DNA of 64,000 nt from Candidatus Gastranaerophilales bacterium. GTDB taxonomy: Bacteria; Cyanobacteriota; Vampirovibrionia; Gastranaerophilales; Gastranaerophilaceae. How positions within the stretch are numbered: the first letter of the stretch is position 1; every line of letters begins with the position of its first letter. Under the pieces are notes generated by a model. That model was given only the letters and a program-made list of their open reading frames with translations, was not told the origin of the DNA and did no database searches. The translations under genes were made by a program, and so were the position numbers. Shown in pieces: positions 36,152 through 44,721 of the stretch. Where the stretch lies: assembly GCA_944326585.1 (NCBI GenBank), contig CALVEN010000007.1, positions 282-64,281 of the forward strand. Reading direction: 5' to 3'.

Positions 36152-37274
36152 TGTTAAAAACTCCTTTAACTTTTGACATCAAAGATTCTTGAGGTTTTTT
36201 ATTAGTGTCAAGTTCATATAATCTGCGATAAAGATTTTTTTCTTCATCCGTAAGCTGCGTCGGGGTTTTAACCGTTACAACCACTATATGATCGCCCCTT
36301 TGGGAAGGTCTTGAAATAACCGGTACTCCGGCCCCCTTTATTTTTATTGTATTACCGCTTTGAATTCCTGCTTGAATTTGAATTTTTTGTTCTCCGTCAA
36401 GAGTTTTAATTATAATTTCGTCGCCCAAAACCGCCTGCGCCGGTGAAATTTCAAGCATTGTATACACATTTAAACCGTCGCGCTGGAAGTATTCGGAAGG
36501 TTTTACATGCAAAACAACAAATAAATCGCCTGCGTGTCCGCCGTTTATACCTGCATCTCCTTCTCTTGAAACACGGATTTTTGACATGTTATCTACGCCT
36601 GCAGGAATTTTTATTTCAATTTTCTTTTCTTTTTCAATTCTGCCGTGACCTTTACATGCAGGGCAAGGGGTTTCAATTTTTTGACCGGAACCGTGGCAAT
36701 CCGGGCATGTACTTATTTGGGTAAATGCACCCAGAGGAGTCCTTGCAACTGTTTGAACCTGTCCTGTTCCTCCGCATGTTTTACAGGTTACCGGTTTTGA
36801 ACCTTTTGCCGCGCCTGTTCCTCCGCATTCCGTACAGGTTTCCAGATGATCAAATTTAATTTCCTTATTTGTGCCGAAAATTGCCTGTTCAAATTCAATC
36901 TCAATATCAAGTCTTAAGTCATCACCGGGCTGCGGTGCATTCGGATCCGGTCTGCCTGTGCCAAAGCCGAAACCCATTCCGCCGAAAAATGAATTAAATA
37001 TATCATTCAAATCACCAAATCCGCCTGCAAACGGTCCGCCGGTGTCAAATCCTGCATTTTTCAAGCCGTCTTCACCAAAACGGTCATATGTGGCGCGTTT
37101 GTTGTCATCCATTAATGTTTCGTATGCTTTACCCAGTTCTTTGAATTTTTCTTCGGCATCGGGAGCTTTGTTAACATCAGGGTGATATTTTCGTGCCATT
37201 TTTCTGAAAGCTGATTTTATTTCATCTTTTGTTGCGTCTTTTGATACTCCGAGTATTTCGTAATAATCTGCCAT
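36144..37274 (-). CDS. dnaJ: Molecular chaperone DnaJ
   Basis: J-domain DYYEILGV...HPD. G/F region. Four CxxCxGxG repeats. Confidence 0.95.
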   Translation of the reverse strand: MADYYEILGVSKDATKDEIKSAFRKMARKYHPDVNKAPDAEEKFKELGKAYETLMDDNKRATYDRFGEDGLKNAGFDTGGPFAGGFGDLNDIFNSFFGGMGFGFGTGRPDPNAPQPGDDLRLDIEIEFEQAIFGTNKEIKFDHLETCTECGGTGAAKGSKPVTCKTCGGTGQVQTVARTPLGAFTQISTCPDCHGSGQKIETPCPACKGHGRIEKEKKIEIKIPAGVDNMSKIRVSREGDAGINGGHAGDLFVVLHVKPSEYFQRDGLNVYTMLEISPAQAVLGDEIIIKTLDGEQKIQIQAGIQSGNTIKIKGAGVPVISRPSQRGDHIVVVTVKTPTQLTDEEKNLYRRLYELDTNKKPQESLMSKVKGVFNNA

Positions 37275-37291
37275 TCTTCCTCAATACCATT

Positions 37292-37858
37292 CTAATTTTC
37301 GGCTGTTGCTACATTTACTAACGACGGGCGGAGAACTTTATCTCCCATTTTATACCCCTTTTGCAAAACATTTATAATGGTATGTTCGGGGTGTTCGCTT
37401 GTCGGGGTCTGCATTACGGCTTCATGAAAATTCGGATCAAATTGTTTGCCTTCGGCTTCAATCTCTTCCAAACCCAATTTTTGCAATGTTTCCAGAACCT
37501 GTTTATGAACAAGGTTAAAGCTGTCTTTAACCTGTTTGCAATCTTCCACATTTTCTAATGCTTTTTCACCGCGTTCAAAATTATCAAGGATTTCCGTCAT
37601 TTTTTTAAGGGCATTTTCTGCCCCGTATTTTAAAAGGCTTTCGCGTTCTTGTTCCTGTCTTTTACGGTAATTATCAAAATCTGCGGCAAGTCTTATATAC
37701 TGTTGATTTAATTTGTCATATTCTTCTTGAAGTTTGTTATCTTCAGTATCGGAAGTTGTTTCTTCTTCAATATTTTGTTCTTCTGAAATTTCAGGTTGTT
37801 CTGTGTGTTCAAGTTCCGCGTCTTTTTTAAACGGATTGTTATTGTTTTTGTGACTCAT
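37292..37858 (-). CDS. grpE: Nucleotide exchange factor GrpE
   Basis: RLAADFDNYRKR motif and a typical C-terminal beta domain. Adjacent to dnaJ. Confidence 0.9.
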   Translation of the reverse strand: MSHKNNNNPFKKDAELEHTEQPEISEEQNIEEETTSDTEDNKLQEEYDKLNQQYIRLAADFDNYRKRQEQERESLLKYGAENALKKMTEILDNFERGEKALENVEDCKQVKDSFNLVHKQVLETLQKLGLEEIEAEGKQFDPNFHEAVMQTPTSEHPEHTIINVLQKGYKMGDKVLRPSLVNVATAEN

Positions 37859-37968
37859 AATTTTCCCCTCGTTTAATTATATTATAAGTTATCAAAAGTA
37901 ATAAACAAGTTAAATTTATTATTTTTTAATATTTGAAAAATTGTTTTGTTGCTTTAAATTGAAAAATT

Positions 37969-38063
37969 TGATATAATAAACCCAAAACAAGGAGAGTGTT
38001 GATATGACTAGTTTGAACAACGGGGGGGGGCGACTCCTCCAGGTACAGATAGCAAGGTTTTAG
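37969..38063 (+). promoter_or_regulatory. Pilin-family expression cassette 2
   Basis: TGATATAAT 37969-37977; GGAGAG 37991-37996; ATG 38004; G9 38022-38030; stop TAG 38061-38063. Short frame encodes MTSLNNGGGRLLQVQIARF*. Confidence 0.7.
38022..38030 (+). repeat. G9 homopolymer
   Basis: Nine G. Position equivalent to the other four tracts. Confidence 0.95.
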
Positions 38064-38239
38064 GCGGTATTGGTTGTGTAAAGTTACTAAGATACTATGG
38101 CACTAAGGCACTAAGAAGTAACAGAAAAGTAGGTCGGCATTACCATGCCGACAGAAAAGTTTACTGTCGGGTTAGTAACCCTGACCAACGCGTTACAGAA
38201 AGAATTGACACAACCCCTGAAACAAATTATAATTCTAAT

Positions 38240-39079
38240 ATGATAAACTATAAATCAGAAAACAAAAACGTGAGAGAAGTTCAGTGTAACCACACCCCTC
38301 ACTCTACTCACTCGACTCAAGCAAAACGTGTCGCGTTTACTCTGGCGGAGGGTGCTACGCACGTAGACATGTCAGACAACATTCGTCGTGTGGCATTCAC
38401 TCTGGCGGAAGTTTTGATAACCCTTGCCATAATAGGTATTGTGGCAGCTGTGACAATTCCGACGTTAATAACAAAGTATCAAGAGAAGCAGACAGTAACA
38501 AGGTTTAAGTGGATATATTCAACATTAGCGAATGCTTTCACTATGGCTGTTGCGGAAAACGGGGCGCCTGAAACTTGGGATTTGAATAGTGCTGAAGATA
38601 TGGCAAATATTTTGTCAAAATATATGAGAATTAGTGAAAAATGTTATAATACCGCTGGTTGTTTGCCTCCGGATTTAAATATTGTTGCATTGACTGGCGA
38701 AATGCGTTATACATTACCCGGCAATGCAAATTATGTAAAATCACGTTTTAATAACGGCATAAGCCTTATGTGGTTTGAGCCTCATAAAGGGTGCAGTTAT
38801 TCTTATATTGATACTGATGGCAACCAAATAGATGTAGAAAACAGTTGCGGCTCTTTGTACGCTTTTATCTCAACGAATCGTACAAACAGATATGGTCTTG
38901 ACCATTTTGTTTTTACAGTTACACCGAAGGGAATATTGCCGGGCGGTTATGATTATAATGACAGCAATATAAAGCGGAATTGCACAAAAAATTGGACATC
39001 CGATGGTAATACAAATGGTGCTACCTGCGGGGAATGGATAAGACGCTGGGGTAATGCGGATTATTGGTATGATAATTAA
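38240..39079 (+). CDS. Prepilin-type N-terminal cleavage/methylation-domain protein, paralog 38
   Basis: RRVAFTLAEVLITLAIIGIVAAVTIPTLITKYQEKQT. The frame is open upstream to the G9 tract. Internal ATG 38369 gives MSDNIRRVA|FTLAE. Confidence 0.85.
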   Translation: MINYKSENKNVREVQCNHTPHSTHSTQAKRVAFTLAEGATHVDMSDNIRRVAFTLAEVLITLAIIGIVAAVTIPTLITKYQEKQTVTRFKWIYSTLANAFTMAVAENGAPETWDLNSAEDMANILSKYMRISEKCYNTAGCLPPDLNIVALTGEMRYTLPGNANYVKSRFNNGISLMWFEPHKGCSYSYIDTDGNQIDVENSCGSLYAFISTNRTNRYGLDHFVFTVTPKGILPGGYDYNDSNIKRNCTKNWTSDGNTNGATCGEWIRRWGNADYWYDN

Positions 39080-39106
39080 AAAAAACCGGTTTTAAACCGG
39101 TTTTTT
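39078..39106. terminator. Bidirectional terminator
   Basis: A-run, CCGGTTTTAAACCGG hairpin, T-run, between convergent genes. Confidence 0.8.
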
Positions 39107-39605
39107 ATCTGTAGTTTGTGAATTGCAGCGGATAATCGTATTTGTCTTCGTTTTGTCTGAGCATTTGGATTACCTTTTGTAAATCGTCTTTGTCTTTGCC
39201 GGAAACTCTTACGCTGTCGCCTTGAATTGACGGCTGAACTTTCATTTTCATATCTTTAATATCAGCTGAAATCTTTTTGGCAAGCTCCGGTGTCAGACCT
39301 TTTTTGAGTTTGTAAACCTGTCTTACATTCCCGCCCAAAGCGTTTTCAACAGGCTGCGGATCCAATATTCTTATACTCAGATTTCTTTTCACGAGTTTTG
39401 ACTGCAAGATATCGTAAATGTTGCGTAATTTTGTTTCATCTTTAGTCGTTATTGTGATGGATTTGTCAGCATCCAAATTTATGTCCGAATTCGAATCTTT
39501 CAGGTCAAATCTTGATGAAACTTCGCGTTTTACCTGATCAACAGCATTTACGAGCTCTTGTCTGTCAAATTCTGATACTACATCAAAACTGCAATCTTTT
39601 GCCAT
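39105..39605 (-). CDS. yajQ: YajQ family (UPF0234) nucleotide-binding protein
   Basis: SFDVVSEFDRQELVNAVDQVKREVSSRFDLK is a typical YajQ N-terminus. ~165 aa. Confidence 0.85.
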   Translation of the reverse strand: MAKDCSFDVVSEFDRQELVNAVDQVKREVSSRFDLKDSNSDINLDADKSITITTKDETKLRNIYDILQSKLVKRNLSIRILDPQPVENALGGNVRQVYKLKKGLTPELAKKISADIKDMKMKVQPSIQGDSVRVSGKDKDDLQKVIQMLRQNEDKYDYPLQFTNYR

Positions 39606-39633
39606 AATAACCCCCTTTTTTGTAAATTATAAC

Positions 39634-39665
39634 ATAAAAAAGGTAAGAATTGAATTCTTACCTTT
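39634..39665 (-). terminator. Rho-independent terminator
   Basis: Minus strand: AAAGGTAAGAATTCAATTCTTACCTTTTTT after the 39681..40097 gene. Confidence 0.75.
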
Positions 39666-39680
39666 AAAGGGGAATGTATA

Positions 39681-40097
39681 TTAAGGGCTTTTCTTTTTAA
39701 ACAGACCGGCAAGATGATTCCATCCTTTAATAATGCCTTGTTTTGCATTATTAAATAAATTCACGCCTTTTGTTTTTGCCGTATTAAGACCTGCTTTAAT
39801 TTTTGGTCCCAATTTAGGTAAATTTATTTTCGGAGCTTTAAACTTTTTGCCCAGAAGAATCGCCGCAAGAGTTAAGATACCTCCGATTATTGCCGTATTT
39901 CTTATGGTATGTTTTGTTTCTTTATTTTTTTCTTCTAATTTTTCAAATTTGTCATTATTTAATACAGGTCGCATCGGAGCAACGCCGTAATAAGGATAAG
40001 CGCCGTACATTGGCATTATCGGCATAGGACTCATCATAAAACTGCTTGGAATATCCTGATATATTACAGGTGTTGTCATCATATTTTCAAAATCCAT
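39681..40097 (-). CDS. Hypothetical Met/Pro/Tyr-rich protein with one TM helix
   Basis: 138-aa ORF. TM segment AIIGGILTLAAILLG. Lys-rich tail. Confidence 0.5.
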   Translation of the reverse strand: MDFENMMTTPVIYQDIPSSFMMSPMPIMPMYGAYPYYGVAPMRPVLNNDKFEKLEEKNKETKHTIRNTAIIGGILTLAAILLGKKFKAPKINLPKLGPKIKAGLNTAKTKGVNLFNNAKQGIIKGWNHLAGLFKKKSP

Positions 40098-40226
40098 AAC
40101 CTAATTCTCCAATTACACATTACCTTATTTATATAAAGTTTTTTTGTTTTAACTAATTTACTTATTTTTATATTTTGTAAATTTATGTAACAACAAAACA
40201 TTTGTTTTTCGGTTATAATTAATTTT

Positions 40227-41237
40227 ATGAAACGTATTATTGATGCAAATTTAAACAGAGCCTGTGAGGCGTTGAGGGTTCTGGAAGAGATAGCAAGATT
40301 TTTGGTTGAAGATAAAAATATATCGGCTGATTTAAAAAATATCCGGCATACATTGAATTCGCTGCAGGATGCCGATTATGCAGAATTGCTTCTGGCTCGT
40401 GATACTGAGGGTGATATTGGTGTTAGTATAAAAAATCCTGATAAACGTTCGGGTATTGAAACTATTTTTAAAGCTAATATTAAGCGCTTGCAGCAGGCCT
40501 TGAGAGTTCTTGCGGAATATTGCTCCGAGAATTTTGATATGCTGGAAAATTTGCGTTATAAATCATATACTCTGGAGAAAAATATGTGGGATAAATTAAA
40601 AGAAAAATATAATAAATTTATGCTTGAGGACAAAAAACTTTATCTTGTCACAAATTCCGATAAATTTGAATCCGAGGATTTATTTTTGGATGCTGTTGCA
40701 TCAGCTTTAAAAGGCGGGGTCGATATTTTGCAGCTCAGAGAAAAAAATATGCCCGCAAATAAAATTATTGAACTCGGCAAAAAAGTCAAATTACTTTGTG
40801 CGGAATACGGTGCAACATTTATTGTGAATGACAGAGTAGATATAGCATATGTTTTGGATGCCGACGGCGTGCATTTGGGGCAGGATGATATGGATATTGA
40901 ATCCGCCAGAAAAATTCTCGGAAATAATGCAATAATCGGGATTTCAACCCATGCTCCGGCTCAAGCTCAAAAAGCTGCTGCAGATGGGGCTGATTATATA
41001 GGTATGGGACCCGTATTTACAACACCTACAAAACCCGGCAGGCAGTCAGTGGGATTAGAATATGTAAAATGGGTAAGTGAAAATATTAAAATTCCGGCGT
41101 TTGCAATCGGCGGAATTGATTTAGATAATGTTCAAGATGTAGTAAATGCAGGCGCTAAAAAGATTGCTGTTGTCAGGGCAATTATAAATTCTGATAACCC
41201 TGAAAAAGCAGCGCAGGAATTTTTGAAAGTTTTATAG
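40227..41237 (+). CDS. thiE: Thiamine-phosphate synthase with an N-terminal extension domain
   Basis: The C-terminal ~200 aa is ThiE-like (LQLREK..., VNDRVD, GVHLGQDD, GISTH, GADYIGMGPVFTTPTK, AIGGI). Confidence 0.85.
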   Translation: MKRIIDANLNRACEALRVLEEIARFLVEDKNISADLKNIRHTLNSLQDADYAELLLARDTEGDIGVSIKNPDKRSGIETIFKANIKRLQQALRVLAEYCSENFDMLENLRYKSYTLEKNMWDKLKEKYNKFMLEDKKLYLVTNSDKFESEDLFLDAVASALKGGVDILQLREKNMPANKIIELGKKVKLLCAEYGATFIVNDRVDIAYVLDADGVHLGQDDMDIESARKILGNNAIIGISTHAPAQAQKAAADGADYIGMGPVFTTPTKPGRQSVGLEYVKWVSENIKIPAFAIGGIDLDNVQDVVNAGAKKIAVVRAIINSDNPEKAAQEFLKVL

Positions 41238-41262
41238 TATAATCTTTTTAAAAGGAGATGGT

Positions 41263-42630
41263 ATGTACGGAATAATTTTAGCAGGCGGTTCAGGAAGCAG
41301 ATTGTGGCCTTTATCCAGAGAGTTGTATCCAAAACAGCTTTTGAACCTTAATTCGGATAAAAGTCTTTTGCAGACAACGTTTGAAAGGCTTAATTTGTTT
41401 TTGCCTGCTGATAAAATTTTGAGTATTACAAATACTAAACATGCGGCTAATGTTAAAATGCAGGTCGATAAAAAAAGTCTTGTATTATCAGAGCCCGTTT
41501 CAAAAAATACTGCTCCCGCAATTGCGCTTTCCGTAAAATATCTTACGGAAAAAACAAATTCCGATCCGATTGTGCTTGTTATGCCTTCAGATTTGGAAAT
41601 AAAAGATGTTGAAAAATTTCAAGAAGCTGTTAATAAGGCAGTAAGGCTTGCACAGGAAGATTTTATTGTAACTTTCGGCGTAAAGCCTTTATATCCGGAA
41701 ACAGGTTTCGGGTATATTAAGGCTGACAGTACAGGCAGAGTCGAAAAATTTGTGGAAAAACCTTCTCAAATCACAGCTCAAGATTATCTAAAAGACGGCA
41801 GTTATTTTTGGAACAGCGGTATTTTTATGTTTAAAGCCTCGGTTATTTTAAATGAAATATCCGATTTCGCTCCGGAAATTGCCTCTGTTCTCGGGAAGTT
41901 TGACTTTACTGAAAATGATAATGTTCCCTATACCGAATTTGAAAAAATGCCGAATATTTCAATAGATTATGCTGTTATGGAAAAATCCAAAAATATCTCT
42001 ATGGTGGAGCTTGAATGTGACTGGAAAGATTTGGGTTCGTGGCAGTCTATTTATGATGTGAGTAAAAAAGATTCAAACGGAAATGTTTTTGTCGGGCATG
42101 TGCTGGATAAAGATTCAAAAGGTTCTCTTGTTTACGCATCATCAAAACTCGTTGCAACTATCGGGCTTGAAGATACCGTAATTGTTGAAACGGAAGATGC
42201 GATTCTTGCGTGTAAAAAAGACAGAACGCAGGAAGTAAAAGAAATCTACGAAACTTTAAAACAGCAGCACGATGATACACAAATGGTTCATAAAACAGTT
42301 TACAGACCATGGGGATTTTATACCGTTATTGCAGCGGGAAAAGGTTTTCAGACCAAAATTATTCACGTAAATCCGGGGCAGAAATTATCCGTGCAGTCGC
42401 ATAATTTCAGAAGTGAACACTGGGTTGTTTTGAGCGGTACGGCAAAAGTTGTTCTGGAAAGCAGAGATTATATTTTGTCTCCGGGACACAGTATTGATAT
42501 TCCCGTTAAAGCAATTCATTCTCTGCAGAATCCCTTTAATGAAGATGTCGAGGTTATTGAAGTTCAAAAAGGCGATGTGCTCTCAGAAGACGATATTATC
42601 AGATATGAAGATATGTACGGCAGAGTGTAG
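41263..42630 (+). CDS. manC: Mannose-1-phosphate guanylyltransferase / mannose-6-phosphate isomerase
   Basis: LAGGSGSRLWPLSR N-terminus. C-terminal cupin (YRPWG...SVQSH..RSEHWVV..G). Confidence 0.88.
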   Translation: MYGIILAGGSGSRLWPLSRELYPKQLLNLNSDKSLLQTTFERLNLFLPADKILSITNTKHAANVKMQVDKKSLVLSEPVSKNTAPAIALSVKYLTEKTNSDPIVLVMPSDLEIKDVEKFQEAVNKAVRLAQEDFIVTFGVKPLYPETGFGYIKADSTGRVEKFVEKPSQITAQDYLKDGSYFWNSGIFMFKASVILNEISDFAPEIASVLGKFDFTENDNVPYTEFEKMPNISIDYAVMEKSKNISMVELECDWKDLGSWQSIYDVSKKDSNGNVFVGHVLDKDSKGSLVYASSKLVATIGLEDTVIVETEDAILACKKDRTQEVKEIYETLKQQHDDTQMVHKTVYRPWGFYTVIAAGKGFQTKIIHVNPGQKLSVQSHNFRSEHWVVLSGTAKVVLESRDYILSPGHSIDIPVKAIHSLQNPFNEDVEVIEVQKGDVLSEDDIIRYEDMYGRV

Positions 42631-43402
42631 CCAAATCTTTGTAATAACCTTCGTCTAAAAGTTCATTGAATATTTGGGCTGATGTCGGGGCAAGCTTTTT
42701 TGCATATTCTTTATCAAGATATAATCCTTCAACAAAACGTGCAAAAAGTTCGGTCGGTCTTGCATAATATTTTTTACTTTTGTTGATTTTGGCGGAAATC
42801 CGTGCCTGTTTTTTCTGATAAGATTTTAGTCTTATATATGCTGCAAAAGCTTCCGGCATATCGGGGAAATCATTTTCTATTGTGTCTATTGTATAAATTC
42901 TTGAATCTTTCCTCCAGAATCCGCGGATTAATTTGATCCTGTCGTATTTTAAAAGGTATTTTGCATCGGATTTTTTAATATATTTTTCAAATTCTTTGAA
43001 GCGTTTTGACCGCATAAATTTCGGGTAATCCCTTTTGATAATATTTTCCTGCTCTTTTATTTTTTCTTTTACAAGATTTTTATGATATTCAAGTTTTCTG
43101 CATAATGAATTTTCATCGACAAAGTTGGTAACCTTTAATAATTCGGTTTTAATCAACGGATCGGATGTTTTAAAAAGAACCTCAAGACTGCCGCCTGTTT
43201 TTGGCATATCGGGTTCAATTTTTGAATGAACGTAGTGTGCAAATTCGTGTATCAGAGTCGGAATTTTTTTATATTCGGGCAGATTTTTCGAAATATCAAT
43301 ACGGTTTTTTAAGAAAAATCCGTGATGCCCCCGTGCTTTGGTTGTTGTGTGAATTTCTATCCCCAGACTTTTGAAATATTTAATAAGTTCCTTTGCTTCC
43401 AT
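42599..43402 (-). CDS. Hypothetical protein with an HExxH motif (possible zinc metallopeptidase)
   Basis: 267-aa ORF with LIHEFAHYVH. No other recognisable feature. Confidence 0.45.
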   Translation of the reverse strand: MEAKELIKYFKSLGIEIHTTTKARGHHGFFLKNRIDISKNLPEYKKIPTLIHEFAHYVHSKIEPDMPKTGGSLEVLFKTSDPLIKTELLKVTNFVDENSLCRKLEYHKNLVKEKIKEQENIIKRDYPKFMRSKRFKEFEKYIKKSDAKYLLKYDRIKLIRGFWRKDSRIYTIDTIENDFPDMPEAFAAYIRLKSYQKKQARISAKINKSKKYYARPTELFARFVEGLYLDKEYAKKLAPTSAQIFNELLDEGYYKDLATLCRTYLHI

Positions 43403-43440
43403 AAATTTATTATACTATAATTGCCTAAATTGATAAAGTG

Positions 43441-43510
43441 TGGTATATTATAGAAAACAAGGAGAGTGCAAATGGAAGATATGACTAATTTGAATAACGG
43501 GGGGGGAGCG
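43441..43510 (+). promoter_or_regulatory. Pilin-family expression cassette 3 (in frame)
   Basis: TGGTATATT 43441-43449; GGAGAG 43461-43466; ATG 43472 and 43481; GGGGGGGGAG 43499-43508. There is no stop afterwards. Confidence 0.7.
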
Positions 43511-44608
43511 ACTCTTCTAAGTAGGCAGGACAAGGGTTTTGACGGTATATTTTGGGAAAAGTTACTAAGATACTATGATACTAAGGCAGTAAGAAGTAAC
43601 AGAAAAGTAGGTCGGCATTACTATGCCGACAGAAAAGTTTACCGTCGGGTTAGTAAACCCGACCTACAAGAGAATATGGCTCAGAATGACAAGAATATCA
43701 TCCCTCGCCCCTTGGGGAGAGGGTGTCACGAAGTGACAGGAGAGGGGCTAAGTGACAAAAATGTGAGCAAAGCTCACAGAAAACGCTTAGTGCCTTACTG
43801 CCTTAGTAACTTAGTATCTTCACAAAAAGCCGCGTTTACCTTAGCAGAGGTTTTGATAACCCTCGGCATAATCGGTATTGTGGCAGCGATGACAATTCCG
43901 ACACTTATTACGAATTATCAGGAAAAACAAACAATTTCCAAATTACAAAAAGTCTACGCGTCTTTAAAGAATGCATTTGAACTTGCAAAAGTTGAGCATG
44001 GTGATTATGAAACCTGGTCGTGGAATCAGATTCCTGTAACCAATGGCGCGCGAACACAATATTTTTGGGAAACATATATTTTCCCGCATTTAAAGATTGC
44101 TAAAAAATGTTTCCCGATAACAACGGAATGTGTCGCAGAGGGTATTACAAAATTGAATGGTACGGCTGAATCTGTTGTTACATCTACACATGGTGCTTTT
44201 GTTTTATATGACGGTACATATGTTTATACGTGGGCTGGAGGTTCCGGTTTTCATCCGCATATTTGGGTGTATGCTGATATCAACGGTGAGGCAAAGCCAA
44301 ACGTGGTAGGCAAAGATATATTTACTATGTTTTTCTCGCCAAAAAATCCAGGGAATAAAATCGGCTCGTTTGATGACGATAATAATTTTGTTGACTCAGG
44401 AAAATTATCAACCCCTGCTTACGGATTAAGTTTGTATGGAGATGTAAACGGGGTTACCGTTGAAGATCTTATGGATCCGAATTTTGTTCTGGAAACTGAC
44501 ACAGGTGCCAAGCAAAAACATTGTTGTACCACAGAAGGCACAGGGTATATGTGCGGTGCGGCAATAAAATTAAACGGCTGGAAATTTCCCGACGGTTATC
44601 CCAGATAA
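43472..44608 (+). CDS. Prepilin-type protein, paralog 43; the whole long leader is in frame with the cassette ATG
   Basis: Single ORF MEDMTNLNNGGGATLLSRQDKGF...QKAAFTLAEVLITLGIIGIVAAMTIPTLITNYQEKQT...ADINGEAKPNVVGKDIF. Confidence 0.85.
   Translation: MEDMTNLNNGGGATLLSRQDKGFDGIFWEKLLRYYDTKAVRSNRKVGRHYYADRKVYRRVSKPDLQENMAQNDKNIIPRPLGRGCHEVTGEGLSDKNVSKAHRKRLVPYCLSNLVSSQKAAFTLAEVLITLGIIGIVAAMTIPTLITNYQEKQTISKLQKVYASLKNAFELAKVEHGDYETWSWNQIPVTNGARTQYFWETYIFPHLKIAKKCFPITTECVAEGITKLNGTAESVVTSTHGAFVLYDGTYVYTWAGGSGFHPHIWVYADINGEAKPNVVGKDIFTMFFSPKNPGNKIGSFDDDNNFVDSGKLSTPAYGLSLYGDVNGVTVEDLMDPNFVLETDTGAKQKHCCTTEGTGYMCGAAIKLNGWKFPDGYPR
43499..43506 (+). repeat. G8 homopolymer followed by A-G (an interrupted 10-nt tract)
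   Basis: GGGGGGGGAG occupies the position where the OFF copies have G9. Confidence 0.95.
43517..43872 (+). repeat. 356-bp leader cassette, apparently identical to 51052..51407
   Basis: A by-eye base-by-base comparison found no mismatch between the two intervals. The flanks diverge at once on both sides. Confidence 0.8.
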
Positions 44609-44610
44609 AG

Positions 44611-44634
44611 AAAGCTCCCTTCGGGGAGTTTTTT
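44611..44634 (+). terminator. Rho-independent terminator
   Basis: AAAGCTCCCTTCGGGGAGTTTTTT. Confidence 0.85.
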
Positions 44635-44721
44635 GTTTACATATTTTAAAATATTTACATCATACGGTTGTAGTTGTATTATTATTTTAGTAGACAATTA
44701 CAGACTTTGAGGAATTAAAAA

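Noticed and set aside
37859-37968. Looked for a CIRCE (TTAGCACTC-N9-GAGTGCTAA) operator upstream of grpE. Also noted that dnaK is absent between grpE and dnaJ.
   Set aside because: No CIRCE-like inverted repeat is present. grpE-dnaJ adjacency with dnaK elsewhere occurs in several phyla, so it is not reported as a finding.
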